Assembly (NCBI RefSeq): GCF_018977255.1 | Contig: NW_024704742.1 | Coordinates: forward strand, 6,882,001 to 6,946,000 | Direction: 5' to 3' | Length of the DNA stretch: 64,000 bases | From: Callorhinchus milii | Taxonomy: Eukaryota | Part shown: positions 50,576 to 64,000 of the stretch, in pieces | Layout of the letters: each line of letters opens with the position of its first letter | How positions within the stretch are numbered: the stretch's first letter is position 1 | The notes under the pieces: model-generated | What the model was told of the DNA's origin: nothing | What the model saw: the letters and a program-made list of their open reading frames with translations, nothing else | The model's database searches: none | Made by a program: the position numbers and the translations under genes

Positions 50576-50841
50576 ATAATAATAATAATCATTGCATTTG
50601 ATACAGCACTTTTCACGTCGGGAGGACGTCCCAAAGCGCTTCACAGAACACACTGTAAAGTGAATTGACTGTATATTTGTGGGCGAACGCGGCAGCCAAT
50701 TGCGCACAGCAATGTCCCACAAACAGTCGTAGATTGAAAAGGACCAATTTATTATTGTTTTTTTTTGGAGGGATTATTATTAGGCGTGTAAGGAAAGTAA
50801 GAGGTAAAAGTAGGCGTGTAAGGAGAGTAAGGAAACTTGCA
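50575..50841 (-). mobile_element. SINE family A short form, type-2 tail, tRNA head missing
   Basis: Nearly identical to 37381-37620. The 5' junction carries a duplicated taggcgtgtaagga. Confidence 0.9.
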
Positions 50842-51654
50842 AGGATTATTAATATTATAAAATGAAGCAGCTCATTGCTATCAATCCCAGCAAATAAATA
50901 ATTGCAAACCCCCTCACCCTTCAAAAAATCCCGAAAAAACACTTGATGTATTTCAGACAGCCCCTTCAGCAATATTGCCCAAATCAATTCATTATGTCTC
51001 CCTCTCACTCCCCACTCACACCGCCCCCCCCTCCCCAGCTTGCAATAGTTTATGTTTCCTGCTACAAATTTAACAAAATAGTGCAATTGAAACAGTGGCA
51101 CATCCCCAAATGTCTCAAAGTGCTTCCTGGGATTTTACTAAAAAATGTATTTTTTGGGGTGACTATCACTACGTTTCAAGTAAACACAGATCGTCAAATC
51201 ATTCAAATTGCATGAGACAGAGGAGCAGAGTGGATCAGGTTTTATCTATCTGAAATAACCAGATGACTAAATTACTGAGCTGCCTGGTTTTGTGTAGCTG
51301 GAAGCAGTTCAGGTCTGAAATGCAAACTCAGCAGGGAAAACTTATTGTGGGTATGAAGAGATGAAATGTAAGATACAAAAATAAAGCCACAATAGTGCCA
51401 CAAATACAATACTCAGACATAAGCAACATGCTGAACCTATTACAGTTCAAACATTCATATATTTCTCAAATCTGTCAATGTTAGAAGCAGAGTGTGCTCA
51501 ACTTGTGGTTAACTAGACTAGAAAAAAATGCCTGGCCAACAATCCCCCAAATAAAATTGGGTATTCACTGTGTGGCTATTTGTGGCTCTGCCGTATGCAA
51601 CGTCGGCTGCTGTGTTCACCAGCAAAATTGTCACTAAAAGTAACTAGACTTTTG

Positions 51655-51886
51655 TTGCAATCCCCCCTTTGTTTTGCATCACTAACACCTCTTTAACTCA
51701 TCATCGCCTGTCCTCTACCCATTTTCTCCTTTGTCTTCCTTGCCCTTCCTCCCCCCCTTTAGTCCGTAAAAGTCTCTCCCTCCCTCCCAACAAAGGGTCG
51801 TGGACCAGAAACATTGACTCACTTTCCTTTCTCCATAGATGCTGCCTGACCTGTTGAGTGTTCCCAGCGACTTCTGTTTTTGTTTC
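51655..51886 (+). mobile_element. Penelope-like element end (single arm)
   Basis: ctccatagatgctgcctgacctgttgagtgttcccagcgacttctgtttt matches the 7970-8018 arm and is preceded by a decayed hammerhead-like core. Confidence 0.6.
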
Positions 51887-51894
51887 ACAAGGAT

Positions 51895-52290
51895 GGGTTT
51901 TGATAAGGAGTTACCTACATCATATACTCTGCTTCACAAGTCTTTTGATAAGGTGTTATGACAAAGATTACTATGATATTTAAATCACATAAAGGGACTG
52001 TGGGTTTCCATGTTCATCAGTTATATTACATCATGAACATATTGGATCAGCAAGCAATTATTCCTCTGGGTTGGATTGGGTTGAGTCAGTGAGTGAAGGA
52101 AGCAATTTGCTCTGGATGGGAAGGGAACCTGTAACATTTGACCAAGTATCATAAAATAAGGAAACCGCACTTTCACAGAAGCCATAGAGGTTGACTTTAA
52201 GAGAGCTCTAAAGGTTAAGTACCTCAAGAAGGAATCTCTCTGCCCGTCCTATTCAATAATGATCTGATTTCAGAGCACGCAGTGAAAATC
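51895..52290 (+). mobile_element. Decayed CR1 reverse-transcriptase fragment
   Basis: catcatatactctgcttcacaagtcttttgataaggtg resembles (V/I)YLDFxKAFDKV; ctattcaataatgatctg resembles LF..INDL. Confidence 0.55.
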
Positions 52291-55200
52291 AGTGACTTTC
52301 CTTTATATAACAGTTCTCTGCTCTTGCTACTCAATGAAAAGCTTGGAAATGCTAACTTCTTGTTCCACTTTGCCGTGAGCACAATCCACCTCTTGTATAA
52401 AACTGACGAGAGTTGCAAAATTGAACATAGCTTTTGTCTACATAAGCCAAAGTCTAGTCCATTTGAACAAATGGTTTAGTGACTGTAATTAAATTTCAAG
52501 TTTCCCCCTTCTCCTCACACATATACACACACATCCACAGCTTCTGTGCAAGGTTTGACACTATCATGCGTATTTTGTGACAACTAAAATTTCCCACTAA
52601 TTTTACCAATGAAGATTTTACATGCCTTTAGTGGAGTATAACTGCAGCAGTCTGGTCTCTAGGTAAATCATTTGTTTTAGTGAAACCTTCCTCAGTGGAT
52701 AGTATCAGCCAAAAGCCAATTCATTTTTTAGCACGAATGTCTAACTGTTTCTCGGACACCTATGTCTCAGACTACTGGAACAAATTGCCACCTTGTTCAC
52801 TGTAAGACAGTGTTTTTTTTAATCAGTCTAACACTCCCCACGACACGAGTCAAAACAGAAATCTCCTCTGTAGTCTCTGTAAAGAATATAATAAATGCAT
52901 TGCTGCAGTTTTAATATATGAGCTAGCACGTCCTTTGCCAAGTTCCAGACTCCGCTCTCAATCACCACCCAGAGACACGGTGAATTGGAAGCGCATCAAG
53001 TGATTAACATGTTAAATGAAGTGAGAAGCTGGGCAATGTTTATTATGGAGTGTTATCAAACCTTCATGGGCTGGGTGCTATACAGGTTATAGCATCACTT
53101 GCTGCTTCTGTAAATTCAACACAGGAGAGCAAAACGTTTTGACACACAAACAAGGACTGGGAACCAACTGTTAATCAAAGCAACTTAAAAATATGCACAG
53201 AGCCACCGTAAAATATAGTCAATCAGAGATAATTATTCTGCAATTTTTGCATTACTAAAAATAACAACAGCAACAAATTACATTTGTGTAAGCGCCTTTC
53301 ACGTCAGGAGGATGTCGTAAGGCACTGGAAGAATAACAGCCAAAGATGGCACCTCAATATTCTTCTAATTAAAAATAAAAAGTAGTAATTTTTTTTTTGC
53401 TGTTTTTAAACCCAAAATATAGGCAGGCGCAGACGATGGAAATGAAACAATAAACCAAAAGGATGTCCAAAAATTCTTTCCGATGGCCTTTTGATAAGCA
53501 TTGTGTGTCTGTAAAGTGTAAAAGAAGCAGCAACGGCCAATTTTTATTTGCCGTTTGTTCACACTGAATGGACTGGAAGCAAACAAACCCCTAACACCAT
53601 TTATTTTATCCCAGGCCAGAATACACTGTTCAGACTTTGCGTTCGCCAAACTCCAAACGCCCACGGAAATCACAATGATGCCTCAGAACAAAAAAACATA
53701 ATATATTGCTATTTTATTGAAAGGCTGGGGCACTAAGCTTTCCTGAAAACATTTACTCAGACAGAGTCAGCAAAACAAAGTCAAATCCGCGTCAATCTGG
53801 GACATCTGGTCATCTTATCTGACAAGATATGACAGAGCTATTAACAGAGAGCAGATTTAAGGAGCATTGTGAGCACATATGGTTCTCAGGATAGCGTAAG
53901 CCAGGGTTTGCACTGAACGCTTTCCATGCATTTGGCTTTTACGGGCACCAGGCAATGCAGAGGCGTTGGCACTGATGTGTAGTTGGGTGAAATCAAGCTT
54001 ATGGATATTCTCACTTCAAGATTAGATGTGTAGGGTAATGAAAGTGTGCTCTACATCACAAAACCACCCATTATCAATGCAAGTCGCCCTACCTAGCCCA
54101 GTTAATTGCGATGAAATTAATTACAATTAAAACTGATGTGTGGTGTCTATGGTGGGGGTAGGGGAGGAGAGGAGGTGGGTGGGCGGTATGGTGGTACTAA
54201 CTTGTTGGCCCAAAGGAGAAGCTCTGTTGTATGATCTCCAAAGTTGTCTTACAGAAAGATGTTCATACATATGTAAAGTGTGTAAAAAAAGGAAAATAGA
54301 AATAAGAACAGAAAATGGTAGAAATGTTCCACAGATCATTCAGCCTCTGAGTGGTGAAGGGCTGGTTAATAATAATCATAATAATTCTTGCAATTGCTAG
54401 GTTCTTGCTAGGTTGAGATGATCTTAGAATAGGATTCCCCCTTTCTAATGTCCCATCAAAGTCAGTGAACTTATTGACCAACAAATGTACAATATTATGC
54501 TTGCTTTGAGACGTCATGAAGATGTGATAAGGCTCCATATTAAATGCCAGGATTATTAAGATTACTGGGGATGCTCTATGGCTTTTGTTTATGGAGCTAT
54601 ATTCAATGAAACCTTTGGTTTTTATTTCAAGTATTTGCTTCCAACAATCAATGATGGATCCAACTTGAAATTCTACCCCACGGGAACATATATACATGCT
54701 AGAGCATCAGTAAATTAACTCCCCCCCCAAATAATCTGAGATTTCTCCATTGTCAGGAGGTTCTCCTTTCAGGAGTGATCCTTCCTTGAAACGGACCATC
54801 ATTTTGCTATGTGGTTTTTTTTCGCCTTTCATAAAATTGTGTTAGGTTTCTCCCACAGTTATCTAAGAACACAATTGAAATCCATCTTGTTAGGCACTCA
54901 CCCATGCAAACTTTGGCAGGGTGGAAGGTCACCATCAATCTCGTTGGCCTTGCCATTCTTTTATTCCACTTCTTTGTGGGTCAGCGAGACAATAAAACTT
55001 TGCGGTTTGTTATTTTTCATCCAGTGCTACAGTGAGGGCTGCACCATGACCATAAATAAACTGTCAGTGCATTGTGCTTAGCTTATTTGGGGGATAACAG
55101 GGCATCATGCGTCAATTTGGGTTTGGACAACTCATGTGAGGCAACACAAAGGGGGGTCATCATCCTTCTGAAAATTGGAAACCAGTAAGAGAATCGCAGC

Positions 55201-57359
55201 AGGCTCCCAGATTGTTCTTTGATTTGCAAACTCAGTGTCTCCATTGCATTCCATGTAGGGCATTGCCTTTTCCCCTCTCCTCTGGTAACACAACCCAACT
55301 CAACAAAAAAAAACACTTCTTCACAGTGTGACCCTCACCGCATAGAAACAAACACAGGCCAACTCCCCCATGCCACGTCGCCTGCGCACACATGGCTGAA
55401 TTTATTACTTGTATTAATCTCTGCCCCACTCTGTAAAACAGGAGTGATTCATGGTAACACAAATCCTATATCATGAAGAGGTATCCCCACGGTTCCACAG
55501 TGACTGCACAGACACCGCAGACTGCATGTTTGACAACCCATGACTCCATTGCGTGTCACTTCACACGGTCACTGTACCGTGTAGAATGGCTTAAATCATT
55601 ACAGGCAATTTCACTTAACTTACGCAAATACCAGATATGCAAACCCTTGTGTGTTCAGAGAAAAAAAAATATGAAGGTATTTCAAATATCACAGTTAGTC
55701 TGTTCCACATCACCGTTTACTTAGCTGTTGCACTAAATCTATTTCTGAAATTCCACCAGGATACATTAAGTTGAAATTTAGACACAGCAGGAACTATTGA
55801 CACAGATACACATGCTAAGAATTCAGTGTGCACTCCATAATTCAGGACATTTCTGCAGCTAAAAAAAAGTTGAAACAAACAGGTAGATAGTTCAATTAGA
55901 AGCAGCTTCCATCTCCAGCCCCCACAGAAAAACTGAATCACATGCGTGACATTTGTCAGTACAAATGTCATCACTCTGCATAATTATACAATCTGAATAC
56001 TTCCAACTTGCAGATGTTTTGTGCTTTTTTTATGCATGACAAAAGCTGAGAATCAGAGTGGTGTATTACACTACTGTACTGACAAGCTCTTGGCTTGGAA
56101 CTCCACCAACATTGACTGGTGTTTGTACTGGGTAATTTTGTACACAGTGAGCATTGCTTGTGCCAGCTGAGTTTCATAAGTGAAGGAATTGGAGGAAAAA
56201 TTCCAGCATCTGTACTTGGTCTATAGGAACTGGCTCCAGCGCAAATAACAGTCACCATACTTGACAGTGATTACCTGTAAAGTGTTCCGAGTCTCTGGCT
56301 CTATAGGCACCAAATCAAATGCAAGGATTTTTATTATAAATTACTCTCCGTCAAATAAATCATGAGAATTACTTCTCTCTGTTGAGACTGCCAACTGGAT
56401 TTGAACAAAATAAGTACACTAGTAGCAAAGTTGTTCAATAACAAAAGCAATGCAATAACAGTTTGCAAAATTTTCCAAATATGTTGGGTTTTGGTGTTGA
56501 ATTTCCTCACTGGCCCCTTTGCTGGTTTTCTTTTATTGTCTTCCATCCCCTGTGTGTCCTCGAAAATGCCTCCATCAGCCAAAAGAGTCAGGCCCATCAA
56601 CCTCTTCACAGTCAGTATCCAGGCATTTCTCACACTTGCCTGACAGGAGGTGTTGTTTCCACAGGGATTCCAAAAAAAAACATACAGAAAAAGAGAACTA
56701 ACACGCACAGGATGTAGCTTCATAAAACTGGATTTGTTGCGGTAACTGCAAACTCGGGTTTGTGAAATTCGCGGATGGTAACTTTTGAATCCCAAGTTAA
56801 CAAAGCCCGAGACAAGCAAAATGATTGCCATTTTTTCCCCAGTCTTTGTTTGTTCACCCACTGCACTTTCAGTAATCCTGTGAAGGGCTTCGCACATTCT
56901 CCTGACATGAAAGGCGCTATACCAAACTTAAGTATGTATGTGATTATTACCATGCGATTCGATGAAAGTCACAAACCAGATTACAGAGCGCCCAGATTTT
57001 AACAAGTTTTTTTCTGTGCTTCCTAAAAGAACTATCAGAAAAGTATCTTGAAAATTAAAGGCTCTATGTAAGAATTTATCAAATCCTTGACACTCTGAAA
57101 TGTTACATAAATAAGAGTAAATCTAGATCCAAGTGGAATTGTTACCCTCAATGATTCAGTAACATAAAATGAGACTGTTAATTAGATCTGAAATGGAAAG
57201 GAGGCAGAGGAGAACAGCAACAGCTCCTGAGTCTGCGAACAGGTGTCCTGGCTGGGTAAAGGGGATCTGCTTCAAATTACTGTCAATTGGGAAAAATTTG
57301 CAGTCGATTAAAATGTTGTGTCTTTTCGCCCATTTTTGACTTTCACTTAGCGAGCACCT

Positions 57360-57592
57360 CGATTGGCGTATCGCTTTTCCGGGGGTAATAATCCCTTCNA
57401 AAAAAATTACAATAATTTGGTCGCTTAATCCACGACTATTTGTGGGACACTGCTGTGTACAATTGGCTGCCGTATTTCACTCACAAAATGTACAGCCAGT
57501 TCAATTTATAATATATTCTGTGAAGCGCTTTGAGAGGTCTCGAAGATGTGATAAGGCGCTATATTAAATGCAAAGATTATTATTATTATTAT
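57360..57592 (+). mobile_element. SINE family A long form, 5'-truncated
   Basis: gattggcgtatcgcttttccgggggtaataatccc...type-1 tail...(ATT)n. Confidence 0.88.
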
Positions 57593-57659
57593 CCTGATGG
57601 GCATCATTTACCATAATAATACATCAGCAGAACTCTTGGCACAAAAAGAAAAAGTTATA

Positions 57660-57855
57660 AAAATGAAACTTTAAAAAAAGATATAAAATGAAATAAAAAT
57701 TTGAGCAATAAAATGAATGAAAATATGAGCTACACAGTGAAATACAAATCCAAGCTATGGAATGAATAACAAAATCTAAGATACAGAAGGAATAAAAGAT
57801 ACGAGTTGTAAAATATATTTTTTTAAATATGTGAGCTATGAAATCAAATATCCAA
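57660..57855. repeat. Degenerate AT-rich ~25-bp minisatellite
   Basis: Units resembling GAGCTATGAAATGAAATAAAAATAT: gagcaataaaatgaatgaaaatat, gagctacacagtgaaatacaaatcc, aagctatggaatgaataacaaaatct, gagctatgaaatcaaatatcc. Confidence 0.55.
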
Positions 57856-58056
57856 AAGAAAATGTAATGTTACCAATTCAGATGTGACTGCCTTGAGTAA
57901 AACAGAGTGAAAGATCGTGACTGCTGATTCAGCCTTAGTGCATTTCCGGCCAGTTTCTGATTTTATTTCAGATTTTCAGCAGTTGCAATTTTTCTTTTTG
58001 GCATTGCAATAAACAATCCAAATTCATTTGTTCCCTTCCTCCCCCCACTACCACCC

Positions 58057-58090
<34 letters not shown>
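58057..58090. repeat. (CT)n microsatellite
   Basis: Direct reading. Shorter (CA)n tracts lie at about 3643-3658, 16361-16376 and 48132-48155. Confidence 0.9.
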
Positions 58091-60076
58091 AACCAGTCCA
58101 TCTTGATTTAGTTCAATCTTGCTCCAGTCATCCACTTAAATGGAGACAGGGTCACAATGGGTTCAAAAAAGTAGTGGTCCAAAACGGGATTCACAAACAG
58201 TGACTCAGTTACTAACAAGGAATCGTGTTGGTAACTGGCAGTATGTCACTAAATAAACATGGGATACCTACTTTGAAGCACCATTAGATTGAGAGTTCAC
58301 CACAAGAAATCATGGACTGCTGGTTGCCAACACCATTAGCAAATGTGAGCTAGACTTTTGGGGAATCCAGTTGTGAACCATTTGCTTTTTTGATACCCAA
58401 CAACAGAACAATCTGTCTGCATTGTGCTTTCCTATAAACAGCCCATTGCTGTCCAAAAGAATAATAATAATCCTTGCACTTGAGATAACACCTTATCACT
58501 TTGTCTGGATGTCTCAAAGTGTGCGGGCTGGATTGGGTGTGCCATTGGACACTACTATAAACCAGTCGGTGTGAAACATGACAAATCTGGGCAACTGGTT
58601 ATGCTCTACAATCACGCTTCAAGAAGTTGTAAGGCTTGCCCTGCCCAAGTCCAACCTAAAAAGATCTCTGATCGTGCTTATGGTCACCACCCCTTCTCCC
58701 TCCCTCCCCCTTTACTCTCAACCTTATCCTTGTGAAGTACTCCGAGATGTTTTCCTATATGAAGGTGATGTAGAAATGCAATTTGCCTTTGTTATTGTTG
58801 TCTCAGCAGTTGTTAAACTTCCTGGGACTAGTAGTGGGTGTGTCTCTCCTGAAAAGCACTCGCTTTAACTTAATGTCTCGGTGTACTTCACCTACAAATA
58901 CAGTCACTACACTTTACAGTAAAAGTCCTGTTAAATGCTTTGAGACCTTTCAATGACGTGATGATGTGCTACATCACAGGCAAGGTCTGTTACTGCTGTT
59001 GTTATTGCCACTAGTGGCACTTGGGAGAGGTCTGCCCTATCCTCCCTGGGAGGAAAGCATCAATCATGAGGCACCGCTACAACAAACAACTCATGTAAAT
59101 AAATATTCCAACAACCCATTCATTTTATCAGCTTCCAACATCAATCTCAACTTCCACTTTGGCGCACGTTTTTCCACAGCTTTGGAGGAAGACAACCATC
59201 CGATATAAATGGGAATGCAGCATCTGATGAACAGCACATACCTACTGCAAAGGTTCACAGACACTCTTGCTCCACGTACAAAATGAGGCAACGTGTTTAA
59301 CTCATTAGGGAAACCCATCTGTTGACTAAAAAAATCGAGGGCAACAAACCAAGGACACCATTACTCCTCTGGACCCTTAAGTGTAGCAACAGGTGTACCT
59401 TTCAAGGGAAAAATCCCATTGCAAGTCCAAATAAGCAAAGTTGCTACTCAGCAGCAAGAGGAAGTTGAGTTCATCCATTACTCAAATTAGGATTTTCTTT
59501 TATACATATAATGGTACCAATCAACAACAGAAATTTATAGGCTTTGATGACCAGCCATTCCCATTAATCACACTTCCTATTATTACATTATAATTACATT
59601 TATTAGTATTTCACATGTTCAAATGTGCAGACAAGTATTATTTTATAAACTCTCTATTGCTTCTTCTGCCTATCCAAAAGAAAAAAAAACATGCATGGTG
59701 CAAATTAAAGGTGGTAGCTCGTGAAACCAGTTTAATTTATTTTGTGGATAGAGCTACGAAACTCCTCCTTCTCTCCTCCACGAACCAAGCGTGTCTCGGA
59801 GTTGACAAATGCCTTGTTTCTGAGCCTCTGGAAAGGGTTGCAGGGGGACTATGGAGAAGAGTAGGTGATTAACTTTGGAAACAGCTCATATTCTAAACTG
59901 CAGCTCCCCTATTCTTGCTTGTTTCATTCTTTCCCAGAGCCTGTTCAGGAATGACAGGCAAAATGGCCTCTTTCTGTGCTGGAAATTCTACTGGATAGAA
60001 ATTGCATCTGGGTCTATAGTTATTCTATTAATAGAATACATATAGACCCATGTTGTATTTCTGTTAATGTTGTAAT

Positions 60077-60190
60077 GTTTTGCCCACAAAATATACAGTC
60101 AATTCACTTTACAGTATATTCTGTGAAGCACTTTGAGACGTCTCCCAGATGTGATAAGGCTCTATATCAAATTCAAGGATTATCATTATC
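60077..60190 (+). mobile_element. SINE 3' tail fragment
   Basis: gcccacaaaatatacagtcaattcactttacagtatattctgtgaagcactttgagacgtctc. Similar fragments lie at about 12018-12065, 29978-30090, 43866-43980 and 61190-61287. Confidence 0.85.
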
Positions 60191-63100
60191 ATTTCGGAGC
60201 TTACAGAATTTGATAAATTCTTATTTACAGTCTTAATTGTGCAACTGTTTTTCTCTAAGTTTCCTTTAAGAACCTATAGAAAAACGGCTTCAAAGCTGAG
60301 GCTGAATGCAACAATTTGCCAACTTCCGGACTTTTGTTCTGAAGTACTCCACAAACAGAGTAAATCCAGACCAGGATGGAATTATCCCCCCCATTGATTC
60401 TATGATTCATGACAGAAATTAAGCGGTGGCGACTTTTCAAAGGCACACAGAAAAACAGTACCTTTTTATCTGTAATGTAACAGTTCAGAAAATTCTGTTG
60501 AAAAAAAAACTATGTTTCAACATAAATGAGATCTTCAGGGCAGTGAGCAACACCGAGGCAATATCTCACCAACACCCCGCAGGAAAGAAGAGTCCAATTT
60601 TCAGCCCTTTGGTTTCTAAAATGCACGAAACTAAAGCTTCTAAGCCTTTGAACCAGTTGAAAGATTCTCGCTACCAAACTCCCATTTTCTAGAGCATTCT
60701 TTAACACAGTACGTCTGGGTGAGTGAGTGAATACTTCACCGGACATAGCATCATTAATTATGCAGGAAGTCATTTGGCTTTTTCAGTTGACTTGAAAAAT
60801 AACATTTTGTTGCAGCTTGAATAAAGAACTCCCTCCTCCTTAATCCTTTCTTTCAAGCGCTGTCTCGACCAGTGCCTTTTGCCAGTGCTCATTAATATTG
60901 AAGCCTTGCCTTCCTGTTAGATAACTGAAGTGGTGAAGGACTGACTGCAGGTTAGCTTCCCTTGTGTCGCAAACATTTCAGCAGTTGTTTATTACCTTAC
61001 CATCCCTTAACCCTTACTTGCATTTTCCGTTTGCGACACCCCAACTGTGCTCCTGGGAACCTTTGGGGATTCTGCTAGTTTCATCCGCATAAGCAGATCA
61101 GATGTGAAAACCATACACAGCCACTGTTTGCTCTTCTCTCAGAGTTTCACCAATCACTTCCAGAAAATACATCATATTGTATGTAATATATAATCCTTGC
61201 ATTTGATATATACGTCTTCCAGACATCTCAAATCGCTTCACAGGATATACTCGAAAGTGAATTGACTCTGTGTTTTCGTGGGTGAATCATGAGGTCTCAG
61301 AAAGAATCAGAAAATGTGGGTGCAGTAAACGTGCATGTACGGTGCACATCGGTGAGCCTTCCGAAAGCGGCAAGTGCGCCTTTTCAGCGTGTGCGCGGGC
61401 CCGCACATGGATGTGGTGCACACAGGGACGACTCCTGACTGTGTTAACGAGAGCGTCCCAAAAATTGCGTGCACAGCTTATGCGCGGTGAAAGAATGTAC
61501 CGTAAACAACTTGGAATGTTTCTTGTATTGGGAGGATAGAAAAAAAAATTGTAATGGAAGATGTTGTGTTCGTTTGGGATTTCTGTTGTACCAAATATTA
61601 TATTTATAAATAAATATATACTTTCAAAAGAAAACATCAGCCTGGCTCGTTGGATACCCTTTAAGAAGAAATGACCAATTGACTGGAAACCAATGGGGGA
61701 TCAGGAAGTATAAAGCAGGACGCAGGGGAAAGTGATTAAACATTTTTGGTTGTATTGCGTTTTGAGAGCTGAGAATAAAATAGTTGGATTTGTTAGAACA
61801 CAACGGGCTCAGTTGGCCTCTGGTGCCTTGGTCAACAAATCCCCAAATAAAAATTCATCATTCAGTTCATGGCTGTTTGTAGACAATGTTGTGTGCAAAT
61901 TGGTTTGCCCACAAAATCCACAGTCAATCCACTTCAGAGTATATCCTGTGAAGCACTTTGAGAATCAAATGTAAGGATTGTACTACTGTAAAATTATTAT
62001 TTGGATTGGAAGGGGGACACCAAGGTGGGAGAGAAGTGAGAGCAAGTGAAAGAAAGAGATCGAGCAAGAGGCATGGAACAAAATAAAAATAAGAGTCATG
62101 TACATGAAATATTGACTTAATGTTAAATGCTGTGACATTGCCAGAATGGAATGAATAGCAGAAGTTTATTAGTTTGCTCATTGCTTTAGACAGCACTTAC
62201 AAATACACAGTCACTGCATTTTTACAGTTAATCCTGTGAATCACTTTGAGGCGATGAGATGTGATAAGCCGCTAGCTACATCAAATGCAAAGATGATTAT
62301 TATTATTTTACTATTCCCAAACTAATTTAAGTTTCTAAACACGTTCACTGTTTAACCAGCAGCCAGCCAGTGGTGTTGGCATTATATATAGAAAGAAGGC
62401 TTTTTTCATATCAATGAATTTACACATTCGCACAAAAGCTGGGTCTAATCGCAATAACTATTGGTTCTCGACTCATACAATGACGCCTGCAGGTTCCATT
62501 AAGCGTCTCTGGGCATTTAATCAGCATGGGAGCCATCTACGAACTCTCATGGCCCAGATGCCTTGGACACTTCAGATGCAAGTTCATTATCACCTCGTTT
62601 ATACAAATTTTATCCAGTGAGCTCAATTAACAAAAGAAATGAACGTAAAAAGTGAGGCCTGGCTCACTAATAGCACAGAACTCTAAATGCAAAAAATAAT
62701 GCCACAGGGGGGTTACGATGTATTACTATTCCTCAGCCAGTATTTATTGAAAACACATTCTGCATGCTCCAGACAATTTATGTTTTTTTTTGGTAATAAA
62801 AAAATCACAAAATTAGAGGTTATTAAGTTTGCGCAACAGCTCTGGAAGGGCCAGACGTACGAGTCAAAATACCCATTAAAACCTCTGCATTCAGTAGAGT
62901 ACGAACTACAGTACATAGTTTTAATTTACTGTTTAACCAGACATTCAATCTTATAAATCAGAGCCTTAGTTACAAAACAACACAAATTTGTAACATCGGC
63001 GCTGTGTTCATTAACTGTGGAACTAAATCCGCTTACTCTTTGTGCCCAATAACTCTCTGGAATTTAGAATGGTTTGGAAACCATTGGTGAGATCTCAGGT

Positions 63101-63714
63101 CCCTTGGAAGCACTTCATCAGATATACTGCAGTTGAATTAGTTCCAGCAAACATCTGCTGTATTCTCAGTCACTTCTGACTTTAATCTGACATTGATGAT
63201 CTGCTAAGACATGTTCTCCTTGTTATGATTTTGCTTTGTGTGCCCTGCTTTGAGCCCTCGTCAGTCAGTCTTTTCAGTCTCCATCCATAAAGTTCTCAAA
63301 TGTGAACTGGATGTCATATTCAGTGGTAAATTTGCAGCTTGGCTCTAAAATTCTGCCTAGTCTTAGCCTGTGAAATGCTTTTGTCTTCAAATTTAAGGCC
63401 TTGCAGAATTGTGAGAAATGTTTTCATCTTAAATTGGAAGGTGGCTCTCCATACAAACTCAGCCACCAGCTTCCAAATTATACTGAATTTAGCAAATGTT
63501 CGCATTTCTGTGTGACCTTAAATTTTAAGACACAATGATCTGAAAGATAGGAAATCCAGGCCCTATGTGAGATCTTGTTATGCATTGCCAAGGTCGGTAC
63601 GTTTACTACACAGCAGAGAATAAGGTGCACTCGTCTCGCAAAAGGATATTTCAAAGTCGAACCAAGGTTTGCAATGCATTGTAATCGGCACAAAGCAAAC
63701 CCAGGTGAGAATAC

Positions 63715-63806
63715 AAAATCCAAAAGAGAAGTGGCTGGGAACACTCAGCAGGTTAGGCAACATCTATGGAGAAAGGAAAGTTTTGGGTCCAAGACCCTTC
63801 ATCACA
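63715..63806 (-). mobile_element. Penelope-like element end (single arm)
   Basis: gctgggaacactcagcaggttaggcaacatctatggaga matches the 7821 arm. The minus strand reads GTGATGAAGGGTCTTGGACCCAAAAC. Confidence 0.6.
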
Positions 63807-64000
63807 ACAGATCAGATGAGAATATTATCCCCTGACTCCTCTATGCTGCCCCTGGTCTGGTTAGGACTCGTTAAATAATGACAACTCTACCAAATGACAG
63901 TTTGTATCTTCAAGTGATAATGTCCAGTCATCTACTGTTTAAGAGTCCTGTTGGAATTTGGTTGTGGGTAAAACACTACTATGTTATATGTTTTATTGGT

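Larger units (their letters stand above)
32272..64000 (-). other. FAT4: Large FAT4 intron (>31.7 kb, 5' end outside the window)
   Basis: No cadherin-like ORF lies above 32271; the sequence is repeats plus unique non-coding DNA. The multi-kb upstream FAT4 coding exon would be obvious in the ORF track and is absent. Confidence 0.85.

Noticed and set aside
56334-56897. 187-aa minus-strand ORF
   Set aside because: Starts in a SINE tail, has no recognisable domain and no cadherin motifs; likely a chance ORF.
1-64000. CRISPR array, operon or other prokaryotic/phage system
   Set aside because: No regularly spaced direct repeats with unique spacers and no dense ORF packing; the sequence is spliced vertebrate gene DNA.

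Overview
Eukaryotic, repeat-rich vertebrate genomic DNA. The repeat content (SacSINE1/DeuSINE-like SINEs, L2, CR1, Penelope-like hairpins) points to a cartilaginous fish, possibly a holocephalan; this is an inference. The whole window lies inside one gene on the minus strand, the giant atypical cadherin FAT4. Five internal coding exons (32140-32271, 27353-27614, 24288-24638, 14158-15080, 12648-12822; 1843 nt in total) have GT-AG boundaries and consistent phases and encode consecutive extracellular cadherin repeats. The rest is intron: more than 31 kb upstream and more than 12 kb downstream, with no further exon recognised. The introns hold dozens of copies of two tRNA-derived SINE families that share a 3' tail with an L2 LINE also present here. 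They also contain CR1 and Gypsy remnants, a Tigger-like MITE, Penelope-like hairpins with decayed hammerhead-ribozyme cores, and several perfect fold-back hairpins. I found no evidence of a new protein-coding system. The most interesting signals are RNA-structural and retroposon-mechanistic. Repeat boundaries were read by eye and are approximate; exon boundaries were read to the base.
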